A stretch of DNA of 63,704 bases, counting the filler, from Octopus bimaculoides (taxonomy: Eukaryota), in assembly GCF_001194135.2 (NCBI RefSeq). It is 4 parts of 4 records of this genome, joined end to end, with 100 filler letters (N's around TTAATTAATTAA, not from the genome) between each part and the next. Parts side by side here need not be neighbours in the genome. Positions count along the whole stretch, not along the records: positions 1 to 27,629 come from NC_069006.1; positions 27,730 to 42,880 come from NC_068987.1; 2 more parts are not named here. The stretch is one strand, 5' to 3'. Numbering within the stretch: the first letter of the stretch is position 1; the number at the start of each line of letters is the position of its first letter. Shown here one piece after another: positions 24,394-37,425 of this stretch. The notes beneath the pieces are model-generated. The model saw only the letters and a program-made list of their open reading frames with translations, did no database searches and was not told where the DNA came from. A program made the translations under genes and the position numbers.

Positions 24394-24512
24394 CTATATT
24401 AACCAAAATGAAGTAGATTGACAAATTTATTTTTTGAACCTGTTGAAGACACACAAGATGTCAAAATATCGTTCACTAGATGACAATGGCACTCTTCTTT
24501 TAATTTTGACTC

Positions 24513-24554
<42 letters not shown>

Positions 24555-24555
<1 letters not shown>

Positions 24556-25200
24556 AGGTGGTGAGCTGGCAGAATTGTTAATACGTTAGATGAAATGCTT
24601 AGCAATATTTCACCTGTCGTTACATTCTGAGTTCAAATTCCGCCAAGGTCAACTTTGCCTTTCATCCTTTCAGGGTTGATAAATTCCCATATTTTAACCC
24701 TTTTTTGTCAAAAATTAGGTTAAAAAATATGGGAGTTTCTTAAACATGGATAGTATTATAATCCCTTACAAAACCTTTATTCCAAATTTTAAGCCCCCAA
24801 AATTAAGGGTTTCCTTATACATGAGGGTCCCTTATACAGGTTAAAATATGGTAAGTACTAGTGAAAACACAGGGGTCGATGTAATCAACTAGTCCCCTCC
24901 CCCAAACTTTGAGGCCTTGTGCCTCCAGTACAAAGGACTATTATTATTATTATCATCATTATTATTATTATTATTATTGAAAGCAGTGAGCCAGCGGAAT
25001 CATTAGCATGCTGGACAAAATGCTTAACGGCATTTTGTCCAGTTTTATGTTCTGAGTTCAAATCCTACTGAGGCCAACTTTGTCTTTCACCCTTTCAGGG
25101 TTGATAAAATAAATATCAGTTGAACGCTGCGAGTTGATATAATCAACTTACCTCTCCCCTGAAACTGCTGGCCTTGTGCCAAAATTTGAAACCATCATTA
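24555..25200 (+). mobile_element. Two SINE family A copies; the first is interrupted by a ~170-bp MITE at ~24685-24853
   Basis: SINE core split at gataaa|..|agtactag. MITE ends ccatattttaacc / ggttaaaatatggta. Confidence 0.75.
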
Positions 25201-26355
25201 TCATTATTATTTTATTATTAGTAGTAGTAGTAGTAGTAGTAATAGCGGTGGTGGCGGCGGCGGCAGCGGCAGCAACAGTACTAGTAGTTGCAGTATTTCC
25301 TTGTCTTGACCTTCTATGATAATTGTTAACGAACATCCTCATCACACAAGCGATGTACTTTGTTTCCATTCATCCCTGGAAACATGTCTGGTTATGGGGA
25401 ACCATTAGCTTGCATTGACATTGCTTGAAAAGAGGTAAAGGTTGGCAACTGGAAGAGCACCCGACCATAGAAAATTTTTCTCAGAAAATTCTGTCTGATC
25501 CCCCCCGCCCCCGTGTAAGCATGGAAAAAATGGAACATTGGAATGATAACGATGATGATGACAACATATATTTAAACATACGGAAAGTGGCACAGTTTTA
25601 TAAATAGAAAGCACTCACACAGTGTGTGTGTGTGTGTGGTGTGTGTGTGTGTGTGGTGTGTATGTATGTGTGTATATATGTGTATACATACATGTGTGCA
25701 TGTATATATGTATACATACATGTGTGTGTGTGTACACACACACACTGGTGAGAAAGAGAAACTGATAGAAGAGAAAGCGGATGCTACACACACACAAATT
25801 CTAATTACAAAGCTCATTAGGAGAGACAAGATCATAATTAGCTTAGCCTGTATCAGAAACAACAATTATATTATTTATTTATTTTGGTAACTATCATCAT
25901 CACACTCACCATTGTCACCACCAACACCACCATCACCACCATCACCACCACCACATATCTATCAGTGCTGCCACCAACACCAGGACCACTCCAAGTGCTA
26001 TCCTCAAACCTCATTATCCCAAAACTAAATACACATCACTGGAAAATTTACTGCAGCCACAATTAATAGATCATTACAAACATACACTACATGCATATAT
26101 AAACACACAAAACAAAGCAATGGTCCTTCCAGAGGTAGAGGCTGATAAAGCTGGTTTCTTGGATTCTCTGGCCTATATATTTGTATAATCCCTTGCTGGA
26201 CATGATGCTAGTTTGTTGCAGGATTATTTATATTCACCAGGTGAGTGGACCAAAAGAACAACATGAAATGAAGTGATTTTCTCAAGAACACAATGCATCA
26301 CCCAGTCAGGGAATTGAAATCACAATCTTATAATGATGACTGTAATACCCTAACC

Positions 26356-26904
26356 CAGCATTTCTCAACCAGGGTTCTCCAAAACCCCGGGGTTCTGCAA
26401 AAAGGTTCCTAGGGGTTCCGTGAGAGTGAGATGAACTAATGCTAATTTCATGATGGTAATATTACTAAACATGCACAACATATTATTGGTTATTGTAATA
26501 TTGTAATATAGACATCATCCTATCTAACCTATTATGTTATCAAAAATAAAATAACAACCATTGGGGATATATTTAGTGATGTCTGTAATTTATGGATCCT
26601 CTGTTGTGTACATACATCAATGACTGATGCATCAGACCCCAGTTTGTGTCCAGATGGCCAGCTAGCTACCCCCATGGCTCTCCTCTTTTGTTCCACAGCC
26701 ATCTTGAGGCCCTCTCTGCCGCATCAGTGGTACTGTGGATGGCCTTCCTCCCCCTCACTTCCTCGATGCCCAAACTGCTGAAGGCTCTTGTCAGGGACCG
26801 GGCTGCGAAACCCCTGCATCCAACCTCCACTGGGAGACACCTTGCTCTCCAACCAGCCTGCATACTTGGATATATTTAGTGATGTCTGTAATTTATGGAC
26901 ACCC

Positions 26905-26949
<45 letters not shown>

Positions 26950-27365
26950 CTCACGTTTTGGAATGCTGCTATATTTCATGTTGAGAACAATTTAGGTCTT
27001 AATAGACACAAGATGTGATCTATTTCTAGCGCATTAATTGTCCACGTTAGTGGTCAACGTTATTTTTTTTAAATGTACCTTAATCCCCTGAGATTGCAGA
27101 CAATATTTCTGAATATCTTTGATTCTTTAGATGTGCTGGCCTCCTGATAATTAATCAATATTAATTAATATATGATTAATTACCAGATTTTATAATAATA
27201 TTATATAGATAGATAGATAGATATATATATATATATACATATATGTGAAGTACAATGAAAATAACATGTGAAAGATATGGCATATAATTTTTTTGTTCAG
27301 GGATTCCTTGAGACATATGATTTATTTTAAGGGTTACACAAGGGTAAAAAGGTTGAGAAACACTG
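26356..27365. mobile_element. Non-autonomous hAT element with 8-bp TSD, inserted in a tRNA-derived SINE head
   Basis: TIRs cagcatttctcaacc / ggttgagaaacactg; TSD ccctaacc at 26348-26355 and 27366-27373. Confidence 0.85.
26597..26868 (-). mobile_element. 3' fragment of a HERO-like RLE non-LTR retrotransposon with ~31-bp flanking duplication
   Basis: GWRARCLPVEVGCRGF..AERASRWLW motif; direct repeats at 26566-26596 and 26869-26899. Confidence 0.75.
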
Positions 27366-27584
27366 CCCTAACCACTGAGCCACACGCCTCCACCTGCATG
27401 CATGCATGCATGCATACATATATACATATAACATATTTTTTACACACACATGTGCATGTGTGTGTATGCATTTATAAGAAAATGAGATGACAAAGAAATA
27501 AACAATTATTCTATGAACTCCATTAGCTTACAGTTGTTTCTGCTAATAAGATGCAGTGGACTCATAGTTGAGTGCTTGAGCAAC

Positions 27585-27629
<45 letters not shown>

Positions 27630-28419
27630 NNNNNNNNNNNNNNNNNNNNNNNNNNNNNNNNNNNNNNNNNNNNTTAATTAATTAANNNNNNNNNNNNNNN
27701 NNNNNNNNNNNNNNNNNNNNNNNNNNNNNGAGGGAGAGGGAGAGGGAGAGAGAGAGAGGGAGAGAGAGAGAGGGAGAGAGAATGAGAATTTACAAAAAAA
27801 CAAAAGACGAAGACGGGTGTGTAAACAACAAACAGATGTATCAATTTAACGCTCAGGAAGTGACAAAGTCTTTTACGCTTCGAGCCTACGCTCTTCAACA
27901 GAAAGGAACACAGAAATAAACAGGGAGAGAAAATAGAAAAAGGTATAGTGGCTATATATATATATATATATATACATAAATTAAATTATACATATATGTG
28001 TGTGTGTATTACTGTGAATCTTCATCGTTGATATGAGCCAGCTTTGCAATATGTGTAGGCCACAGCTTTATTTTTTTGTATAAATGTGATAATTTCCATG
28101 TATGCAATTAGCGTGGTTTAATATCGATATTGTAAAACATTAAATTTTTATACAAAACAGAATTGACTCTATTGATTGCATCCCACCCAACTCCAATCCC
28201 TAGGAGATCACTGGTATTTAGTTTATTGACTCCAGAGGAATAACTGTGAATGTCAACTCCACCTTGGGAATTAAATTCCAATGTAAACGAGGTTTCAGCT
28301 AATTACTGAAATCCATTTATTCATTAAGTTTACCATGTTTTTGCTTATGGCATGGAGTATTAATGATCTCTTTCAAGGGCAAAGAATGGTCTCTGGGCGA
28401 TGGAATGATACTTTCTAAT

Positions 28420-28810
28420 TTTGGCACAAGGCCAGTATTTTTCATGGAGGCGGGGACAAGTTGATTACATTGACCCCAGTAGTTGACTGGTATTTATTGT
28501 ATCAACTCGGACTTGGTGCTATTTGAACTCAGAATGTACAGACCTGACAGAAATGCCAGTATTTTGTATGCTAATGATTCCACCAGCTCATCACCTTAAG
28601 CAAGTCTTTCAAATTTTGACACAAGGCCAGCAATTTTAGCAGAAGGGTGTAAGTCAATTACATTAACCCCAATAGTTGACTGGTATTAATTTTATTAACC
28701 TCAAAATGGATGAAAGACAAAGTTGGTTTTTATGGCATTCGAATTCAGGAGTGAAAACCTGAAGAAATGCTGCAAAGCATTTGTTTAGTGTGATGACCAT
28801 GCTGCCATCT
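28420..28810 (-). mobile_element. Two degenerate SINE family A copies
   Basis: ggcacaaggccag..gattacattgaccccagtagttgactggta..gaactcagaa. Confidence 0.7.
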
Positions 28811-28878
28811 TTTTGTCTTCTGTGGATCAGAGAATAAAAGAATCAAACATCTTGCTGGATTTAGTCACCCGTTTGCTT

Positions 28879-29260
28879 ATTACCTCCATCTTAGCAAAGG
28901 TGGAGGTATTGTTTTTACTTGTATTTGTTTGTTTGTCCATGGACAAGATATCTCAAGAATCACTGGATGGATTTGGATGAAACTTTCAGAGATGTTTGGC
29001 CTCATGATTGGCATGAACTGATTAGATTTTGGGATTGATCTAGTACCGGACGAGGATTCTGGATTCTGGATTCTGGATTTTTTTTTCCTGTTTTTTTTAC
29101 TTAATTTTTGAGAGCGGTCAGATTCATTTTTAGTATTCTTGTATGTGCGAGCATTCGAGTTTATTTCAGATACTCTCATTTAAAAAAAATTATCTCTGGC
29201 TAATCGTTGAGAGGATATTGGTGTTGCCTTGGCAGAGACTTGCGCTGTCTGAGTGCTCAT
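28879..29260 (+). mobile_element. Helentron-associated (HINE/DINE-1-like) non-autonomous element
   Basis: 5' palindrome acctcca..tggaggt, (tttg)n microsatellite, body ggatttggatgaaacttt..gattagattttggg, 3' gccttggcagag..gagtgctc. Confidence 0.5.
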
Positions 29261-29529
29261 TTATTTATGGTTCAGTCAAATGAGGAAAGGCCTCATCAGC
29301 TTTTCCAAGTCCTCTGAGATGGTAGAAGGAAGGGTGAAAGGAAGAATGGGACGAGGGAAAGATGGAAGGGAGGCACTTGCTCTGAATGCTTGCAACAGAA
29401 CGAAAGGCAAAAGTGACCTCAGCAGAATTTGAACTCAGAACGTAAAGACATTTGCTTGTTAGTATCATCCGGATTTTCACATCAATGGCTCGGATCTCAT
29501 CAAGCATCCAATCAAGCAGCCCAAATATT

Positions 29530-29583
29530 CGGCTGTATGTGTGTGTGTGTATGTATGTATATATATGTATGTATGTAGGTATG

Positions 29584-29614
<31 letters not shown>

Positions 29615-29957
29615 ATATGCATGTATGCATGCATGTATGTATGCATGTGTGTGTATGTATGTATGCATGTACATGTATGTATGTATGTATGTATGTATGT
29701 ATGCACGTATGTATGTGTTTGTATGTATACATGTATGTATGCATGTATGTCTATCTGTATGTATGTATGCATGCATGTGTTTGTATGTATGTATGTATGT
29801 ATGCATGTATATGTATGTATGCATGTATGTGTATATATGTATGTATGTATGTATGCATGAATGTGTGTATGTATGCATGTATGTATGCATGCATGCGTGT
29901 ATGTATGCATGTATGTATGCATGTATGTGTGTATGTATGCATGTATATATGTATGTA
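29530..29957. repeat. (TATG)n microsatellite
   Basis: Long tetranucleotide array ending at a gap. Confidence 0.95.
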
Positions 29958-30096
29958 NNNNNNNNNNNNNNNNNNNNNNNNNNNNNNNNNNNNNNNNNNN
30001 NNNNNNNNNNNNNNNNNNNNNNNNNNNNNNNNNNNNNNNNNNNNNNNNNNNNNNNNNNNNNNNNNNNNNNNNNNNNNNNNNNNNNNNNNNNNNNNN

Positions 30097-30406
30097 GTAG
30101 GATTTTTGAGCGAGATCGTTGCCAGTGACGCTGGACTGGCTCCTGTGCGGGTGGCACATAAAATACACCATTTTGAGCGTGGCCGTTGCCAGTACTGCCT
30201 GACTGGCCTTCGTGCGGGTGACACGTAAAAGCACCCACTACACTCTCTGAGTGGTTGGCGTTAGGACGGGCATCCAGCTGTAGAAACTCTGCCAAATCAG
30301 ATTGGAGGCTGGTGTTGCCATCCGGTTTCACCAGTTCTCAGTCAAATCGTCCAACCCATGCTAGCATGGAAAGCGGACGTTAAACGATGATGATGATGAT
30401 GATGAT
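30097..30406 (+). mobile_element. RTE 3' UTR copy with (GAT)n tail
   Basis: Same family as 1773-2098. Confidence 0.85.
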
Positions 30407-30688
30407 GTATGCATGCCTGTGCGTGATAGAGTATATCTTTGTGTTTGTGCCTCACCATCGCCACTTGATTATCAATGTTGGTTTGTTTACATCCATGTAA
30501 CTTAGCAGTTCGGGAAAAGAGACCAATAGGATAAGTACTGGCGTCGATTCGTTCGGCTAAAACCCTTCAAAGCAGTGCTCCAGTATGGGCACAGTCCAAT
30601 GACTGAAGCAAATCGAACACAAAAGACAAGTGGACACGTTGGCAAACGTATAACACTCGAAACCAAAATGTTTGAACGAAGTATGAGC

Positions 30689-30720
<32 letters not shown>

Positions 30721-31153
30721 GATTCAGTTGACCTATTACGATTCAAAGACACTCCAACTGTGGCAATCCTGCCTGTTTTTGTTAGGAACTACTTATTTCA
30801 ATAGTCCCTTTTAAAAAAGGTTGAGTATGATTCGATGAAGATTTGACTTCTATCCCCAGCAGGTCGAAATATCGCATAAAGGCCCCTCGTTGTCTCGACG
30901 CACCAAAATTTATAACAATTCTATGATTTATAACAATTCTAAGCCAAACTTCACAATCTCATAAAAACTGACAAATTAATTCATAAATTAAAAACTGTCT
31001 TGTTTGGAGTTATCTCCCTTGTCTGATGTTTTCCGAAATTTTAAACACAACCATTAAGGGAGTTTGTGTCCGCTAATCGTTTGGATAATCGCATATGATC
31101 GAATGTTCGTTGTTATTATATATGTGTATTTATTATGCATATGAAGCTATTTT

Positions 31154-32076
31154 GGTTAATGTTTACATCTTGACCCGGAAATGAAAATCAAAAAAAAAAA
31201 ATACTGGAATGGGTGTAAAAAAATGTGTAGGAAACGAATAGGAAAAAATAAAATGCGAGCAAAGCAACGGGAGGGTGGGGAGAGGACTTTGGAAAATTCA
31301 CAAGATCCGAGTTTTTCCCTCACAACTTTTAGGAATATGGATTTTTTTAAATGAAACTCTATAGAAATACCTTTCAAACGGTATACATTACGATTATAAA
31401 GAAATTTGTGGGGAAAATCTTTTCCAAGGGGGTGGAGAGAGGATTTCGGAAGATTCACAAGATCCGAATTTTGCGGGTCAAGATGTAGGGGTTAATGTTT
31501 AGGTTAGAAAAGGTTATTTATTTACCGTTACATTGTATATACCGAAACCCACGGCGGGTTGATATGTATAATAAATGGAAAAGCATGCAAGGTAAAAAGA
31601 AAAGTTAATTTCGGCCTGTAAGTGTGTACACGTTCTCGTAGTAAGTAACTCATAGATAAAGATAGAATGATGTTCTAAGAGAAAAGAAATTGAGCAAGTA
31701 AAAGTGATAGAGTCGAGGGGTGTTGTGTCTCATAACCTTCTTTTTCCTTCTGTCCCTAATGGTTGCTGTCAATGCCTTTTCACCAATTCGCTTCTCCAAC
31801 CTCGTTGGAGGTCTGTGATATCTATTCTAGCAAGATCCAACACATATTTTGCAGAAATACGTTTCATTAAACCCCACTCCCATATTCCTAAAAGTGACGA
31901 GTGAAAAACTTGGATCTGGTGAATTTTCCGAAGTCCTCTCCCCAACAACCCGTTGCTTTGCTCGTATTTTATTTTTTCCTATTCGTTTCCTACACATTGT
32001 TTTACACCCATTCTATTATTATTATTTTTTTTTTTTGTTTGATTTTCATTTCCGAGTCAAGATGTAGACATTAACC
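31154..32076. mobile_element. ~920-bp non-autonomous element with ~190-bp terminal inverted repeats
   Basis: Arms 31154-31341 and 31880-32076 (ggttaatgt..tcttgacccggaaatgaaaatc / gattttcatttccgagtcaagatgtagacattaacc). Confidence 0.75.
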
Positions 32077-33197
32077 GAAAAAGACAGGATTAGTCTCAAT
32101 TAATGAGTAAGGGAGAATGCCATAGGATAGCTTTCTGTTTATTAGATGCCAATATCAAAAATAGCGGTTAATGTAAACATTAACCAAGATTTTTGATACT
32201 CATTACATAAAATATATTAAAGGAGACTAAATCGGCCGCCCACACTTTTTTCTGCAAAATAGGGGTACTTTATCCTGTTCAGGCTATATTATTAGCATTA
32301 TCCTGCGTTTGAGAATTTAAAAATCACTTCTTTAACTTTCTAAGACATCTCAACGCTTCTAAAACAAACTTCGTTTTTTTGTTTACGTTCATCGTAATTT
32401 GAATTTAACTTTATAACGTTTTACCAATATTTAATTGACGAATTCCTGAATAAGCAGCTCAATGGTGTAAGGGAGATAACTCTGGTAAACCGCTATTGAC
32501 TGCGCGTCAATTATTGCTGACGNNNNNNNNNNNNNNNNNNNNNNNNNNNNNNNNNNNNNNNNNNNNNNNNNNNNNNNNNNNNNNNNNNNNNNNNNNNNNN
32601 NNNNNNNNNNNNNNNNNNNNNNNNNNNNNNNNNNNNNNNNNNNNNNNNNNNNNNNNNNNNNNNNNNNNNNNNNNNNNNNNNNNNNNNNNNNNNNNNNNNN
32701 NNNNNNNNNNNNNNNNNNNNNNNNNNNNNNNNNNNNNNNNNNNNNNNNNNNNNNNNNNNNNNNNNNNNNNNNNNNNNNNNNNNNNNNNNNNNNNNNNNNN
32801 NNNNNNNNNNNNNNNNNNNNNNNNNNNNNNNNNNNNNNNNNNNNNNNNNNNNNNNNNNNNNNNNNNNNNNNNNNNNNNNNNNNNNNNNNNNNNNNNNNNN
32901 NNNNNNNNNNNNNNNNNNNNNNNNNNNNNNNNNNNNNNNNNNNNNNNNNNNNNNNNNNNNNNNNNNNNNNNNNNNNNNNNNNNNNNNNNNNNNNNNNNNN
33001 NNNNNNNNNNNNNNNNNNNNNNNNNNNNNNNNNNNNNNNNNNNNNNNNNNNNNNNNNNNNNNNNNNNNNNNNNNNNNNNNNNNNNNNNNNNNNNNNNNNN
33101 NNNNNNNNNNNNNNNNNNNNNNNNNNNNNNNNNNNNNNNNNNNNNNNNNNNNNNNNNNNNNNNNNNNNNNNNNNNNNNNNNNNNNNNNNNNNNNNNN

Positions 33198-33636
33198 CGT
33201 CATACGGAGTTGAATCTGATACTCAGGAGGATCTTGGCCCGGGCAAACATCCCCTCCATCTTGGAACCATTTGGATTGTCCAGATGTGATGGGAAGAGAC
33301 CTGATGGCCTCACCCTCTGTCCCTGGTCGCAAGGCAGATGCTTTGCCTGGGATGTCACAATTAGCGACTCCTTTGCTTCTTCTCACATGCTGGATGCTGC
33401 GGTCAGGGCGAGATCCACAGCTTCTGCGGCCGAACGGAACAAAATCCTGAAATACCGCGATCTGTCGGCCAACTACATTTTCCATCTTGTGGCGTTCGGA
33501 CCACTTACTACGAGATTCCTGTCTTCACTGGAAACTCGCCTTGCAGAGGTAATTGGTGAGGCTGGTGAGGGCATTAGCCTCGCCATCAACCACAGCAACA
33601 CTGCAAGCGTGCTGGCGTGTCTCAATCGTCACTAAA
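33198..33636 (+). mobile_element. C-terminal restriction-like endonuclease of a CRE-like non-LTR retrotransposon
   Basis: RHTELN..IPSILEPFGLSRCDGKRPDGLTLCPWSQGRCFAWDVT..AERNKILKY; 5' part lost in the gap. Confidence 0.75.
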
Positions 33637-34739
33637 GACATTTCCCAGTGCCCCCAACTTTTCAACCCAAGGTGGTGAATCGTTTTTTTTTTTTCTTGTT
33701 TTTCCTCTTTATTCTTCTCTTTTTTTTTCTTTTTAATTTTTTCAATTGTGTTCTCTGTTTTGTCCAGTTTTCTAGTTTGATTTTGTAAAACGGTAAACAC
33801 TGTGAAGGCAATAATTTTTTTTTCTTTTTTTCACTAAAAACAAAAACTACCTAAGTGAAGTTGAAAGTTCTTGCGTGTTTTTGAATAAATATGTAACTTC
33901 CATGCTGTAATTATTTTCGTTTCAGCTCAGTCTCTGATTCAAAACACTTGCCTGGCAAATACAACTCCGATATTCTTCTGAAGTTGTTGTAAAAATATAA
34001 CAATAATGTTGTTTGGCATCCATTTCTCCTAGTACTGTGTGATTAACTCTGATAAATCGGTCTTGTTATTAAAGACAGTCTAGCTTTGACCATCCCATCA
34101 TGAATATATTCATTACTACATCCTTCAATGTGCCCTGCCTTTTTTTCAAGACTGCAGACAGTGATTTTTAAAAAACTTTGGCTACTATTTCTAGCTACGC
34201 TTTTATCCTTTCGAGGTCCTTAAATTAATTACCAGTTAAACACTGAGGCCGATGTAATCGAATAGTCCCTTCCCTGCAAAATCAAAATATCAGGCCTTGT
34301 GGCTATAGTAGAAAGGATTGATAATACAGTTCTATATTTAAGAGATGAGGAATTATGTACATTATTTACATTTGACGGACATTTGTCCTCATCTTGTTTG
34401 TTGAGGGTACACCAGCCGATACGTTGTGTTAACAACAAACAAGATGAGGACAAATATCCGTCAAATGTAAATAATATAAAGAAAGGATTGATGTTACTTT
34501 CTCCTTCTGCTTCTTCTATTTCCTCCTCCTCCTCTTCCCAGCACTTGACGCTCTATTTTCTCTTCTTCTCCTCCACCCTATCATCTCCTCCTTCTCCTCC
34601 TCCCAGCATTTCACGAGCTACTTTCTCATCTTCTTCTCCTCCCCTTCATTCGTACTGATTATCAACAGAATGAATGCTTCAAGTAAATCAACTTCAACTA
34701 CGCTTCCCTTCATCCTTGGTGCAACCATTTAAATATACA

Positions 34740-34824
34740 ACCGACTTTTAAATGCAGCGAGTCGGGGGCGAAAAAACACTAAAACTGGCCCAACTGTAGT
34801 GCGTAGACAAACTACGCGCGCGCG

Positions 34825-34866
<42 letters not shown>

Positions 34867-35270
34867 CATACTAGAAAGTAAGGTTGCCTTTTTCAGCCAC
34901 TTCTCCTCTTCTGAGGATCGAATGCCAAAGTTGGCGAATAACTTACGACATTCGAAGATCTTGGAGAAAGTGAAAAGAACAAGGGAGATAACTCTATCGT
35001 GTTTGCCTTTCTTTCTTCCCCGGGGAACCATTTCTCTCTTCCATGCAACACAATATTCGTGTGAACCGGGACGAGGATAATGGAGAATTGAGCATGGGGT
35101 CGCTGAAAAAGACCTACACACAGATAAAAAAAAAGCACGGGATGTTGTTGGTATCGGCGGGGAGAGACTGAACGCAATTGGCCAAAGAGGGACAGAAACA
35201 TTAATGCTGTTGTTTAACCCTGGGTCAGTACGAATCGAGCAAAGCGTCGATCGAACGTATTTAAGCAGTG
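34740..35270. promoter_or_regulatory. CpG-rich non-repeat island, candidate promoter/5' exon
   Basis: Visible CpG enrichment; consensus donors GTAAGT (minus, 34946) and GTAAGG (plus, 34878); ATTGG box near 35177. Confidence 0.3.
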
Positions 35271-35711
35271 ATCATTCTGATTTTGTTTAGAGTAAAATGT
35301 ATCTAGAACAACATTATCACATAGATATATCTCCGTAACTTTTTAATATGGTAAGGTGTAATTATTAGAGGGTGATTTGGCTACTATTTCTAGTAGTTCG
35401 AGGAACTCACTACACAGCCGCCCTCTTACATGTTTATTCAGAATGGATTAAAATGCTTTCGTGTTTTATGGGTCAACTTGGATCAGCTTTGAAGGAGCTG
35501 ACCAGCATCTAACTTTGATCAAAGGCCTTCCTTCGGAGACCATCTCGCCTTTGTTTTAAGGACTAATATATTCAGGATAAACAGGTCTTCTTCCCATTTT
35601 AAGAATGGAAGGATATTGTTAGAGGCTGGTTTAGCTGCTGTTTTGGACATATCAAGCAACCATGTAGAGGTCAACTTTGTATCAAGAGACACAGATCTTG
35701 GGGTAAAATCT

Positions 35712-36600
35712 AAGTGTGTGTGTGTGTCTCGATGTTTCTGTGTGTGTTTGTATGTGTTTGTGTGTGTCTTGTTGTGTGTGTGTCTGTGTGTTTGTATGTG
35801 TGTTTATCTGTTTGTGTGTGTGTGTGTATTTGTGTGTGTGTTTACGTGTGTGTGTTTGTGTTTGTGTGTCTTGATATGTGTGTGTTTGTGTATGTATGAG
35901 TGTTTGTGCGTGTTTATATGTGTTTGTGTGTGTCTGTGTGTTTGTATGTGTGTTTATGTGTGTCTGTGTGTGTTTGTGTGTCTTGATGTGTGTGTGTGTG
36001 TTTGTGTCTGTGTGTGTTTATGTGTTTGTGTGTCTTGATGTGTGTTATTTCTTTACTACCCACAAGAGGCTACACACAGAGGGGACAAACAAGGACAGAC
36101 AAACACGGATTAAGTCGATTATATCGACCCCAGTGCGTAACTGGTACTTATTTAATCGACCCCGAAAGGATGAACGGCAAAGTCGACCTCGGCGGAATTT
36201 GAACTCAGAACGTAGCGGCAGACGAAATACCGCTAAACATTTCACCCGGCGTGCTAACGTTTCTGCCAGCTCGCCGCTTTTGTGTGTCTTGATGTGTGGG
36301 TGTGTCTGTGTGTTTGTATGTGTGTTTATGTGTGTCTGTGTGTGTGTGTGTGTATTGATGTGTATGGTGTGTGTGTGNNNNNNNNNNCCTCGGCGGAATT
36401 TGAACTCAGAACGTAGCGGCAGACGAAATACCGCTAAACATTTCACCCGGCGTGCTAACGTTTCTGCCAGCTCGCCGCTTTTGTGTGTCTTGATGTGTGG
36501 GTGTGTCTGTGTGTTTGTATGTGTGTTTATGTGTGTCTGTGTGTGTGTGTGTGTATTGATGTGTATGGTGTGTGTGTGTGTCTTGATGTGTGTGTGTGTG
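35712..36600. repeat. Degenerate (TG)n array containing SINE family A copies (36045-36280 and 36388-36480, minus)
   Basis: TG-rich sequence plus SINE core. Confidence 0.85.
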
Positions 36601-37425
36601 ATAGTTCAAGGTTAGTGTTTCCTGCAAGATATGTGAACAGGAAGTACATTTTTATGTAAATCCCAAATACCTTTCACTAATAATGTTACTATTCTACTAA
36701 ACACATGTAAATACCAATCAGTTCTCACTATATTCTCATTAGAAATACAATATGTAGATCCAATATACTTTTCCCTACTAACAGTGCTAATCATCATCAT
36801 CATCATCATCATCACCGTTTTAACGTCCATTTTTTCATGCTGGCATGGGTTGGATGTACTTTGTTGAGGCAGACTTTCCACAACTAATGGCTTTCTTGTT
36901 GCCAACCCCCACCTGTTTCCACCCAAAAAAGTGGTGGGGTTGGCATCAGAAAGAGCATCCAGGTGTATAAAACTCTGCCCCAATATATCCTCATCTGACC
37001 AAGGCAAGCATGAAATAGTAAACGCTAAAATGATGATGAGGATGATGATGAAGAGGGTAAAGACAATAAACATAAAATGAACGACAGAGAAAGGACAAAG
37101 TTTGACCATCATAGAATTAGTTTAATGTTTGTGAATTGAAAGATAGTGCCTTAGTGTTTCGAGTGTTAGTCTTTCATCAGGAAAAAGAAACAGGAGGAAA
37201 AGAGAGAGAGAGAGAAATAGTGAGTGTATAAAAGAAAAAAAAAATTACAAAATAACGACAAGAACAGCAACAATAATAATGATAATGTTTACTTTATTAA
37301 ACACACAATACTTGAGGACAGAACAATACAATGTGATTTACTTTAATCATGCAAGCAGTAAAATGACAGAAATAAAGAAATGAAAATTTCAAATAAGAAA
37401 TAATTCCCTAAAAGTGGGGAGACCT

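Noticed and set aside
27674-27685. TTAATTAATTAA island between N runs (also 42925-42936 and 58518-58529)
   Set aside because: The identical 12-mer embedded in gaps three times is a scaffolding spacer, not biology.
29265-30331. MYVC/HTYI-type and other microsatellite ORFs throughout the window
   Set aside because: Translations of simple repeats; no coding evidence.
36188-36580. Tandem duplication of SINE plus TG block across a short gap
   Set aside because: Identical copies on either side of an 11-N gap indicate unmerged contig overlap.
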